Below are positions 51,665 to 62,859 of a stretch of 64,000 nt of DNA, in pieces. The position numbers were made by a program, and so were the translations under genes. The stretch lies in assembly GCA_976551045.1 (NCBI GenBank), contig CDPCPM010000263.1:4092001-4156000 (forward strand), written 5' to 3'. This DNA is from Glaucostegus cemiculus. Lineage: Eukaryota. The notes beneath the pieces are model-generated. The model did not search any database, was not told where the DNA came from, and was given only the letters and a program-made list of their open reading frames with translations. Position 1 is the first letter of the stretch; the number at the start of each line of letters is the position of its first letter.

Positions 51665-52283
51665 TGAACTGAGCATCTTGCTGGACCACTCCAGCATGCA
51701 GGTAAGAACAGAGCATCTCATACCCATCTGAACTGAGCATCTTGCTGGACCACTCCAGCATGCAGTTAAGAACAGAGCATCTCATACCCATCTGAACTAA
51801 GCATCTTGCTGGACCACTCCAGCATGCAGTTAAGAACAGAGCATCTCATACCCATCTGAACTGAGCATCTTGCTGGACCACTCCAGCATGCAGTTAAGAA
51901 CAGAGCATCTCATACCCATCTGAACTGAGCATCTTGCTGGACCACTCCAGCATGCAGTTAAGAACAGAGCATCTCATACCCATCTGAACTGAGCATCTTG
52001 CTGGACCACTCCAGCATGCAGGTAAGAACAGAGCATCTCATACCCATCTGAACTGAGCATCTTGCTGGACCACTCCAGCATGCAGTTAAGAACAGAGCAT
52101 CTCATACCCATCTGAACTGAGCATCTTGCTGGACCACTCCAGCATGCAGGTAAGAACAGAGCATCTCATACCCATCTGAACTGAGCATCTTGCTGGACCA
52201 CTCCAGCATGCAGTTAAGAACAGAGCATCTCATACCCATCTGAACTGAGCATCTTGCTGGACCACTCCAGCATGCAGGTAAGA
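51665..52283. repeat. 64-bp minisatellite, 9 full units plus a 43-bp partial
   Basis: Unit TGAACTGAGCATCTTGCTGGACCACTCCAGCATGCAG(G/T)TAAGAACAGAGCATCTCATACCCATC starting at 51665, 51729 ... 52241. Confidence 0.97.
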
Positions 52284-52814
52284 GTCAATCGCATTGTTGG
52301 GGCTGGAGTGACATGTGGGTAGACCAGGTAAAGAAAGCAGATTTCTTCCCATAAAAGATATTAATGACAAACCAGTTAGTGTTTGCCCTGGTAGTTTCAT
52401 CTCACCATTAACATTCCTAGTCTTTCCCTTACAATCCAAAATTTAGTTGGATTTGTACTCTTGCATCCAGATCAATATTGTATACCAGCCCTCTTGCTTA
52501 AACATTGTGTTACCATATCTCTGGCTAACAGCACTATGACAAGCTCATCATGTGTGGAAAATCTCAGCTGCTCCATTAATTGTGCCAGTGCCATACTCTC
52601 CCTCAGTGAGTCTTCCAGCTCTTGGGATCCAGTATCCTTCTTTCCAAAGCTGATGAGAGTGTCGCTGTGGTCCAACTTCCATCAGCACCACTGGAGCACC
52701 CGTTGCTATCCACTGTTGTAATTTGCCACATTACAGTGAGCAAGTCATGGGTAATGTTGCATGTTTCCTGACCACTTATGGAATAAAAAATACACATGAT
52801 GTTAGACGTAGAGC

Positions 52815-53140
52815 CGTGGGGTCATAGAGAGATACAGCATGGAAACAGGCCCTTCAGCCCACCAGGTGTGTGCTGACCATTTACATTAATCCTACATTAA
52901 TCCCATTGCTACTTTTGTTTTCCCCACAGCTTCTACCACTCTCCTACACATGAGGGGCAATATACAGTGGCCAGTTAATCTACCGACCGGCATGTCTTTA
53001 GGATGGGGGAGGAAACCAGAGAACCTGGAGCAGGTCCATATGGTCATGGGGAGAATGTGCAAACTTCACACAGTCAGCACCAGAGGTCGCGATTGACCCA
53101 GGTCTCTGGTGATATGAGGTAGCAGCTCCACTATGCTGCC
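52815..53140 (-). mobile_element. V-domain SINE
   Basis: CAGGCCCTTCAGCCCA tail; GGAGGAAACCAGAG; ATTGACCCAGG. Confidence 0.75.
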
Positions 53141-55034
53141 TTTCACACCTTTTAGAAGAGAATCGTGACTTCCATTTAGACATCTTTTATCAGCATCCAG
53201 GATAGCTTCTAATGATGATGTTTGGAATTCTGATTATCTATTGATGTGAATGATATGGTGCAATATTTGTAGTTTCATTGCTCCTTTACCTTTGTGGCTG
53301 TCCACTACTGTGTAACATTCTGACGACTCATCTTCCTGTTAGTTGGCTATCTGAAGAAGCTTTAGTAGATCTAATAATTCCTTTTCAGGTAGCCTAATTT
53401 GGTTAAAATTTTGGCTCTCTTAAGCAAAAAAAAGGTGTGCCACGTACAAACCACTAAAAAAATAACTTAGATCTTGTTTAGCAAATGGTGTTGAAAGGAA
53501 ATGGCAAGTATCCACAGCCTGAGCACTCTGATTTCCTCCGTGGCGTTTACATTAATGGGGCAACGAGCAGTTTATTAACAGTTGGCACATTGTGAAAAAT
53601 GAACATCAATCCAGTTACACACTGGCGAGTTCCTGCTGTCAATATTTATTTAATTTGTACAACAGGATTGTGATTGGAGGAAGTGTGGGCAGTTCCAACA
53701 GCTTGTGATGACTCATAAGCTGGTAAAATGTAATTGTCTCCAACAGAGTTATCAGAAACTATCTCCAGATGACTTCTACCAAAATCAGGGAACTACTGCA
53801 TGAGGATTAGAAGATGCAGAACACACGGGATATCACGTCTAGAATCAAAAAGTAAATAATATGCTTCAAGCATTAGTAACCATCTCAATGTCCAAATGAA
53901 AGAAAGAAAATACATGATTTTCTTATTTCAAATAATTAAAAAAAACTATTACACACAAGTACAAAGACAGGATTCAATTCAGATGAGACTTTCAGAAATT
54001 GGTTTCACTTCCTGTAATTTCTGACTTCATGTTGTTCAAATAAAATTCTTCTTCGATTCCCTTTAGTGCTGTGATATTTATATATGAGTGGGAGTTATAA
54101 AATGTATTGTGAAGTGTTAGCTGTTATTTGCACAGTAGATACTGCTCTCTTTATGTTGTTTGATTCCATGTTTGTTAGTCTTCAAATGCTGCCTGTTGGA
54201 TTCTGGTGGAAGTATTACCATATGTAATGAAATAGCAATCTCCTCGCTGGAGGTCATATATTAATTGGCATTTTATTAGTGTTTATTGGTGAAACTGGTA
54301 TTAGCTCAATCTGCACACCAGCGTTATACAATAAATGATTTTGTGGCTAGGAATTGTTTGGTGATTAGTTTGCTGATGCCTGCTTTGTTTCTCTTCGGTG
54401 GACAGCACTGGCGATTGGATTATTGATTATTGGATTGTTGATTATTTTGGGAGACTGGAGGCACATTGATTCAGCACTGCTCCCTTTGATGCCAGGTTCT
54501 GGGGCAGAATCCAATACAGATTAAAGGGATGAAAATCAATTTGCCCCTTATGAAAATAATGTCATGAAATAAGCCTACTGCAGAACATGGCATTAAAGGG
54601 AAAGGTGCTGGCTCATTGAGCCTCCATTCTATGTCCACTTCCAAGTTGCTTTTTTCAACAACAGATTGTCGCAATATCAAACACTTAGCTCAGACCAGGG
54701 GTTTCCTATGGTAAGGGAACAGCCACACAGAGTGATACCTCTCCTTTGAAAGATTAAATTGACAGGCTCTTCCCCATCTTGAGCTTCAGGTGAATGCTAA
54801 TAGTTCTATGAAAACAGGGTGTACCAGACAAAATCTTATTCTGCATTGAAAGTGGGAAGAAAATAAATACTTACATTTATAGAAATCACAATCATAGGAT
54901 ATCCCAAAGTGCCCTTCAGCCAGTCATATTCCTTTTTGAACTAGTAACTGATGGCAAATATGTAACACAGCTAACGTGGTCACAGCAAGCTTCAACAAAC
55001 TGCAGTGAGTTCCAACCCTGAAGACATATGGTAC

Positions 55035-55295
55035 TATCACCTATCACCTCCCAGCTTCTTGCATTATTCCCAATCCCCCCTCCTCCCCCATCTACCTACC
55101 TTCCCCCCTCACCTGAACTCACCTATCACCTACCAGTCTGTGCTCACCCCCATCCCCCACCCTTTTATTCTGGCTTCTGCCCTCTTTGTTTTCCAGTCCT
55201 GATGAAGGGTCTTGACCCGAAACGTCGACTGTTTATTTCCCTCCACGGATGCTACCTGACCTGCTGAGTTCCACCAGCACTCTGTGTGTTGTTGC
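55035..55295 (+). mobile_element. Penelope-like pLTR
   Basis: Reverse complement of the 3232-3530 element; contains intact hammerhead core. Confidence 0.75.
55194..55231 (+). ncRNA. Minimal type I hammerhead ribozyme motif
   Basis: CAGTC-CTGATGA-a-GGGTC(tt)GACCC-GAAAC-GTC-GACTG: stem I CAGTC/GACTG, stem II GGGTC/GACCC, palindromic ACGT in place of stem III; predicted cleavage after C55226. Confidence 0.8.
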
Positions 55296-55569
55296 AGTTC
55301 GTGTCGAGGTTGCATCCACCCAAACAAGTGGAGGATATTCCATCACACTGCCGACTTGTGTCTCGCATTTGGTGGAAAGGCTTTGGGGTGTAAGTTTTTT
55401 TTACTCTTTTACCTCAGAACAAGACCAAATTGTTTTCCAAGAATAGATATTCTGCATGCAACAAACTGAAAATCTTTTTTCATTAAGAGGCTTCTAATGA
55501 AAGGGGTTATTACATGAAGCAGCCAGAAATCTTTGGCTCAGGGCCCTCAAACGTACATCCGAACCACCT

Positions 55570-55672
55570 CCTACATACTGTGTAATAAATTGACCTGTAC
55601 AATCGGTATGCAAGATAGGTTTTTCACTGTACCTGGGTACAAGTGACAATAATAAACCAATACCAGTACCAA
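55570..55672 (+). mobile_element. Rex1/Babar-type 3' tail
   Basis: TTTTCACTGTACCTGGGTACAAGTGACAATAATAAACCAATACC. Confidence 0.55.
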
Positions 55673-56454
55673 CACTCTGCAGCCTTGGATTGAGAATGCT
55701 GCCTTCTGTTGTGCTCTGAGTTCACCCTGACACAGAATTAGTTACAGTGCTATGTGATGGTGCAATGAAGTCATTTTGCAATGAGTGCAACAAGTGGCCA
55801 GGCACTAACATCACAGCTAGGAGAAGTAATGTTCAGACTTCAGCCTTAGCTGGATTCCAGTTAAGATGTGACATCTGTAGACAGGCGCTAACCTACTGGG
55901 GCAGAACTGAGCCAAAAACTTCACTGGTGCATATTTGTTGAGTAGGGATCTCGAATGGTTCCTAAGTTATATTTAATATCATTATTCTAAAGGTGCTGTA
56001 ATGTTTTTCAAACTACGACTTTGTCTACTATCTTGTGGAAACATTTTGGTAGTGGTTCAGGGAAAACCAATAGCCGCATCAGTAGTTGTGAACAACCTCT
56101 GAATGTGGTCAGTTCCAGGGTGCTGCAGTAGGCTGAGCGAGATTCAAAAACTTTACTTTTGTTTTGGAACATGAACCTTTTCTGGGCAGTTTTCTGAAAG
56201 TTTTGCCGGGCGTGATTTATCATTTCTTCCCATCCCACCCCATTGATGTGAGACTCCAAGAGAGGCAAGCTGTGCTCTCAGGGCCACGTAGCTAACCAAC
56301 CTCGACTAAAGTCGGCTCCTTTTTTTTACAGCACAGACCTGGATTTTAATTTATTTCACAGATCATTTTAATGACGGCGTTATATTTAGTTTCAAGGGCC
56401 CTCCTTCTCTTTCGGTGACTACCACAATACTCTACAGATCTGCTCACCAGCCTG

Positions 56455-56625
56455 AAACAAAATCAGAAAATGCTGGGAACAGGTCGGGCAGCATTTGTGG
56501 AAAGAGGAATGGAGTTAAAGTTTCAGGTGGGAGTCCCTTGTCAGAACTGGGACAGATCCCTCTCCACAGATGCTGCCTGAACCGCTGATGTTTGACACTG
56601 TCAGTATCTGCAGATTGTTTTCGTT
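56455..56625. mobile_element. Fold-back Penelope-like terminal element with decayed hammerhead
   Basis: GGTCGGGCAGCATTTGTGGA pairs with TCCACAGATGCTGCCTGA; minus AGTT-CTGACAA-GGGACTCCCACCT-GAAAC-TTT-AACT. Confidence 0.5.
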
Positions 56626-57337
56626 CATTTAATGCTCATCAGACTTATTTCCCCAAGATGTTCCTTCAGGGAACCTCGACCAATTCACAGCTGGGGGCTG
56701 CTTCACATCACTCTCCGCCAGTGAGCTGTTCTGCTAACGTCCGTCCTCGTTCATTCCCGTCTTCCTCTCTTGTTTTACTTCAAACTCGCTACTCTCTCCC
56801 ACTTCTCCCTCTGCGCCACTGACAATCCATGGCACCAGATATTCCCCTTCTCACCCCATTCTCCCTCTCTTACTGCCCGTTCTCTTCTCTCAAAGTAATC
56901 ACTGTATAAGTGATGTGATTTCCCAAAGTCAATGCTTCCACCTCTGATTATATTACTTCACTCCTTCGAATCTGCCCCCTAATGATATTAATCTGATAAC
57001 CAACTTGTAAGCAGCAAAATCAATCAGTTTAGAATGATGGATCACAAGATCCAATTATTTGGGGACGCCTATTGTCCCGTGGATAGCTAACTCGTTATTT
57101 CTTGTGGGGGCGGGATGGTTTCGGTCACTAGGTGAAAGGATTAGACTGTGTGCCTTGTTCTCCTTATCTAGCCTCAGGTGTGAGGTGGGGCTGTTTATTT
57201 CTTCCTTATTGTTATTTTATATAAAATCCTTTTGTCTCTCTGAGCGCTGCAGGGTTAAGGAAGTCCTTGCTCCAATATTCCAGGCGAGGGCGGAGGGGAG
57301 AGGAGACACAAGGGATGCCCATCATGTTTACATTGGG

Positions 57338-58030
57338 TCATAGAGATATACAGATGGAAAGAGGCCCTTCGGCCCAACTCGTCTGTGCTGACCAAGTTGT
57401 CAACTTGAGCTAGTTCCCTTACCCCCCGTTTGTTCTGTTCCCTTTAAACCTTTCCTGTCCATGTACCTCTCTAGATGTCTTATAAACATTGTAATTGTAT
57501 ACACCCCTACCCGGATTAGGGGAGTCCAAAACTAGGGGGCATAAGTTTATGGTGAGAGGGGAAAGAGTTAAAAGGGACCTGAGGGGCAACTTTTTCAGCA
57601 CAGTACGTGGTGGGTAGATGGAACAAGCTCATTCCACATACCCAGCACCCTCTGTCTGAAAAAGTTGTCCCTCGGGTCCCCTTTAACTATTTCCCCTCTT
57701 ACAGTAAACCTCTGCCCCATAATTTTGGACTTCCCTCCTCTGAGAAAAAGACCTTTTCTATGCCCCTCACGACTTTAATTACCTCTGTTAGGTCACTCCT
57801 CGGTCTCCTACACTCCAGACAAATGTCTTCCAGCCTGCCCAGTCTCTCGTTATAACTCAAGCCCTCTAGTCCTGGTAACATCCTGGTGAATCTTTTCTGC
57901 CCCCTTTCCAGCTTTAATGACACCCAGGCAACCAGAACCACACACGGTATTCCAAGTGCGGTCAACCAATGTCTTGTATCTTCCAGTCCTGTCACCCTGA
58001 TATTACCTGGCCTACTGCACCACTGACGTT
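57338..58030 (-). mobile_element. CR1 3' region containing an oppositely oriented CR1 segment (about 57510-57629)
   Basis: Minus LERGQKRFTRMLPGLEGLSYNERLGRL; plus-strand piece GGACCTGAGGGGCAACTTTTTCA. Confidence 0.8.
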
Positions 58031-58229
58031 TTCAAGGATTTCAGCATGTGACTAGAGTTTATGCAGTGATCTAGTGCAGAGTTGACATTATTGGTTCAGA
58101 TTAAGACAACTGATCGGTGAATTGTTTTTGTAGGAGTGATGTACAGAAGGAAATCGTAGAATCATAGAAACTTTACTGAACAGGAGGTGGGGACTCAAGT
58201 CATCATATCCATGCTGGTTAGACCAGAAT

Positions 58230-58690
58230 TTCAAAAGCATACTTTATTCATAACATATACAGGGAATATGGTCAGTACACTTATTTCTCTCGACCAATGT
58301 GTCATCAATTCAATACGTTCTCTCACAATGAATTAACGCCATTTATGTTTCCTCCTTAAACAATGCATCTGTGAAATGTTTGAGAGGCTGTTACACAGGA
58401 CCCAACCCCTCAGTGTCCCATGGTGACAGGACCCAACCCCTCAGTGTCCCCAGACTATGGTCCTTGCCCACAAAGCCTTTGTGGTTGCTGCACCAGGCTT
58501 CAATGCATCACTCAACATCTGCTCCAGTGACTTGGATTCTGCCTGTTGGCTGCATTCACTTCAGACAAGAGCTCTCCAATCTGATCCCACCTTCCAGCAG
58601 TATCCATAACCCTGCATGACTCTTCAAGAACACATCTAAGTCCTTTTGTAAATATGATGGAAGTTCCTCTACCAGCCTTTCAGGCAGTGA
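58230..58690 (-). mobile_element. Tx1-like LINE 3' end
   Basis: CCCAGACTATGGTCCTT.CCCACAAAGCCTTTG..GCTGCACC homologous to 14450-14510; ACTTTATTCAT tail. Confidence 0.6.
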
Positions 58691-58729
58691 GTTCTGGAAC
58701 TCCCTCCATGGAAATATCATTCCTTATCT

Positions 58730-59143
58730 TCCTTAGGAGGCTTAAATGTATCAGGGCAAGAACGACCAGGCTGAACAATAGCTTCTTTCCGCAAGCCATC
58801 AGAACTGCAAACTCTCTCATCCCTCCATCTTTCGTGTTAACACTAAGAGATGCTAGGTGCACAGAAATGCACCAGCACTTTAAATGCCCGCCACCAGCCT
58901 GTTCACTTTAATAACTATTTATTTATTTACCAGCCATTTTTAATTTAATCTGCATATTAATTTAATTTTAACTTCCGTAGTTTTTAATGTTTAATGTTTT
59001 TTAATGTTTATTTTGTTAAGTGTGTCTGTGTGTCTCTGTTGGTTGTTATTTAATGGGACGAGCACCTGAGGAGGACGGTATCTCGCTCCTATGCATACTA
59101 TGTATGTATATGGTTGTGACAATAAAACTGATTCTGATTCTGA
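58730..59143 (+). mobile_element. Rex1/Babar LINE 3' end
   Basis: RRLKCIRARTTRLNNSFFPQAIR; tail GTGACAATAAAAC(TGATTC)n. Confidence 0.85.
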
Positions 59144-59412
59144 TACTTACCTTTCCATCAACTACTTCAAATCCATGCTCCCTTGCTTTTACACTTTCTG
59201 CTTAGGAAAACACATCCTTTCATTTAGTCTGTTTAGTCCCCAAACAATTTTATGCATCTCACTTAAGTCTGTCCTTATCTTCCTGAAAGCAGACCCGACC
59301 TATTCAATCTTCTTACAGCTAGCAGACTCAGTTCATTTCATTTTGAATGTAATAGAATTGTAGCTCATGCAGAGGCAGCCTTCTAACTTTGAAAGTCAAG
59401 ACTAATTGTCCT

Positions 59413-59725
59413 TAAGATAAGATAAGATAAGGTATCTTTGTAGTCACATGTACATCAAAACACACAGTGAAATATATCTTTTGCGTAGAGTGTTCTGGGG
59501 GTAGCCCGCAAGTATTGCCACGCTTCCGGCACCAACATAGCACGCCCACAGCTTCCTAACCTGTATATCTTTGGAATATGGGAGGAAACTGGAGCACCCG
59601 GAGGAAACCCATGCAGACACAGGGAGAACATACAAACTCCTTACAGACAGTGGCCAGAATTGAACCCGGGTCACTGGCGCTGTGAAGCATTATGCTATGT
59701 GCCTGCCCTAACTACCATGCCTGCC
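59413..59725 (-). mobile_element. Full-length SINE family A
   Basis: (AAGAT)n tail, V-domain, GAATTGAACCCGGG. Confidence 0.88.
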
Positions 59726-61551
59726 CTACTATCCTTCCATTGTCAGTCAAGAGATAACAGCCTTTCATTAAAATTGCAATCTTCACCGAGCAGAGCTTCA
59801 AACTGTTTCCATGGGACCTGTCAGGATGAAGACATCATGCTGTCTGTGTAACCTAGTTCTGCCTGCTGACAGTCATAAGGTGAACATTCATTCCATTTTG
59901 TATGAAGCCCGCGGAAGGGTTAAGCTGTAGAGTTAAGTGCACTAGACATTGTTCTGTGATTGCCTTCAAGCATATCTCACATAAAACAAAGGAAAAGACA
60001 AACATCAATCTAATTTGACTGAATTAGATTTGAAATCAGCTTTCCTCATTGAATGCAACACCGTTTTAAGGCACTCAGTTGTCAACGTCCAGTTTATTTT
60101 AGGCAGAGTCTGTTGTAATCCAACTGCATCCATTTGGATGTAAGGATCAGCAGTTGTGTTTATCACTTGGCACTTACAGAAAGGATAGACTATAATTTTC
60201 AATGTGGCAGGACTTGGCACCAGAACCACCTTAGTGTGAGAATAGGTGGAAGCAATAATTGTGATTTGAGTATTTCTGGTATCCTCAAAGAAATAAACCA
60301 TTATTATGAAATTACAGAGCTATTGGGTAAGCACAGACCAGATTTGGGTATTACCAGCACAACTATTCACTTTCTTCTGTGCAAGAAGCAACAATGCCGA
60401 AATCTTGCCGAGCACGTTTACAACCACAGGCTACACTCAGTGACCAGAGGAATTCTTGTATTCACACCATTTTACACGTTTCTGTCTCAACTTCCTGCTG
60501 TCCACCTGCTCATCACCTCTAAGCTTGTTGATGTGCTTTGGGTCTCAGCACAGCAAAACAGGATAGTCATCCTTGTGCTCAAATTCATCCATGGTTTTGA
60601 CCTGCCTATTTCTATAACTTTCTTTATCCCCACACCCCTCCAACAACTTCCTCCCATTCTGATACTCTGACAGTAGAGTCCTTCATCTTTCTCTCACTTA
60701 ACATGCTTCTCAAAATATAACCTCAAAACTTTTGTTCATCAATCCCAACATCTTCAAATGGACTCCGTGTCATTTTTCATTATACTACTAGCACTTTGGG
60801 CTCTTTTTTAAATGATGTAGAACGCTCAATATAAATGTAAATTTCTTGTTATTAGAGTTGAGGATTTCCCCAAGATACATCCTTTTTGATGCTGTCAATA
60901 TTAACACCCAAAATGTTCAGAGTGGGTGGAAGTGGGAAGAAGGGACAAATGCCTGGCAGCTTTGCCACTGATTTGTTTCATTCCAGGAGATCCTGGCCCT
61001 TTAAGTTATAGTTATGGTAGAGTTCTTCAAAGGACAGCAGATATTCCATTGCAAAACAAAATTTTCAGCCTTAAGTAGAGAGCATACAGAGAATGGAAAA
61101 TGCGGTTACGTGGTAGGCATGAATGTGATGGGCTGAAGGGCCTTTTCCTTCCTTGTATGGTTCTAAATCAGACATAAAACAGAGCTTGTTGCTTTGTGGT
61201 GTCACCAGGGTGGTTACATTACCATTTGCATTTATGCAAGGGAGCTGCAGATTTTTCATCTTTAAAGGTACAACTTGGGATTGAAGGGATAGTCAATGTT
61301 TCAGGTCAAGGCCCTGCATCAGGACGAGAGTGTAGTGAGAACATAGCCAGTGTATAGAAGTGAGAGGGAGGGTGAGACAGAGGTAGCCAGGTGGTAGGTG
61401 GAACCAGATAAGTCGGGGTGGGGGTGATGGGCAACTGGAACAAAGTGGCGGAGGGGGTACGAAGGGTGAACAAAGGATGAAGAAACCGAGGTGGATTGGT
61501 ATATGGTGATCAGCAGATGGAACCAGGTGGGAGAGGGTGATGAGTCTTGTT

Positions 61552-61820
61552 TTTTTAAATTTTATTTTATTTTATTTTTTTTATTTACAGCACGGTAACA
61601 GGCCCTTTTGGCCCAACGAGTCCGTGCCGCCCATTTTAAACCCCTAAATTAATCTACCCATACGTCTTTTCAAAATGTGGGAGGAAACCGGAGCACCCGG
61701 AGGAAACCCACGCAGACACGGGAGAACGTACAAACTCCTTACAGTCAGCGACGGGAATCGAACCCCGATCGCTGGCGCTGTAACAGCGTCGCGCTAACCG
61801 CTACGCTACCGTGCCGCCCC
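61552..61820 (-). mobile_element. Full-length very young SINE family B
   Basis: Consensus A box TAGCGTAGCGG (61798-61808) and B box GGTTCGATTCC (61754-61764) on minus; CpGs largely retained. Confidence 0.92.
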
Positions 61821-62204
61821 TTAATTTGTTAATGAGGGGGAAGGGGATGGAAAAGGTGGAGAGAGAGAACCTGGGTGGACTGGTGGATTTAAAGTTCCCA
61901 CTATATCCTAGAGCCCACTGGGTTACCTGAAATGGGAGAATTCGATGTTCATGCCAGCTGGCTGTAGGCCACCCAAGCAGGGTATGAAGTGCTGTTCTTC
62001 TTGTTTGCATTTGACTTCAAGGTGGCAGTGGAGAAGGGGGAGGACAGGCTGGTTAGTGTGGGATGGGAAAGGGACTTGAAATGACCTGCAAACAAGCTCA
62101 AGATGGCCACTTGAAGGTTCTCTGCACGATGGTCTCCTAATCTACACTTGGCCCCGCCAACATAGAGGAGACCACATCACAAGCACCAAATGCAATAGAC
62201 CAGG

Positions 62205-62372
62205 AGATATTGGCGTTGGTTTATTATTGTCACTTGTACCGAGGTACGGTGAAAAACTTGTCTTGCGTACCGATGGTACAGGTCAATTCATTACACAGTG
62301 CAGTTACACTGAGTTAGTACAGAGTGCATTGAGGCAGTGCAGGTAAAAACAATAACAGTATGGAGTAAAGTG
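62205..62372 (-). mobile_element. Rex1/Babar-type 3' tail inserted in the Penelope relic
   Basis: Reverse complement closely matches 55570-55672. Confidence 0.6.
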
Positions 62373-62859
62373 TCGTTTGAATCTGGGCTGTTTAGGTCTC
62401 TGGGTGCTAGTGAGGGGTGTGGGGACAGCTGTTGTTCCGCCTACATTTGCAGAGGAAAATGCCAGGGGATGGGAAGGGGTGGGTGGGTGGGAAGGGATGA
62501 AGCGACCGGAGTGTCACGGAGAGAGTGGTCCCTGCGGAAAGCAGAAAGGGGTGGGGAGAGGGAAAGATGTGACTGGTGGTGAGATCCTGTTGGAGAAGGG
62601 ATGTGGATCCCAGCCGTCCCAGGAGAAGGCAGTCAGACGCCAGCGCCGAGTAACACTATTTGTAACTGGCTTTGTAGAATGGGCCGGTGCAGTGGGCTCT
62701 TGGACACAGTGGGAACTTTAAACCCATCTGCAGTTAACAGATTAAACAGAAGGGAACGCCAGTACCACCTGAGATGCTTGGACTCCACAGGGCTTGCTCA
62801 CGACAGGACTCAAGCGGCTACTGGCGGGCTGTTAACACTGGACCGCACTGCGCCGAGAC

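Larger units (their letters stand above)
61285..62600 (-). mobile_element. Decayed Penelope-like retroelement 3' part (GIY-YIG endonuclease plus pLTR)
   Basis: Minus peptides LQQDLTTSHIF..AFRRDHSLRD, VYCIWCL*CGLLYVGGAKCRLGDHRAEN (GIY-YIG) and LGGLQPAGMNIEFSHFR*; hammerhead remnant at 61291-61325. Confidence 0.8.

Noticed and set aside
51665-52283. CRISPR-like array (regular repeats with internal hairpin)
   Set aside because: No unique spacers: the whole 64-bp unit repeats. No cas genes, and the context is vertebrate.
58395-58450. 25-bp direct repeat ACAGGACCCAACCCCTCAGTGTCCC
   Set aside because: Simple local duplication inside a Tx1 3' UTR relic; no sign of function.
60134-60670. 178-aa ORF
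   Set aside because: No recognisable domain; non-ATG start; its 3' part resembles decayed L2 sequence (IVILVLKFIHG).
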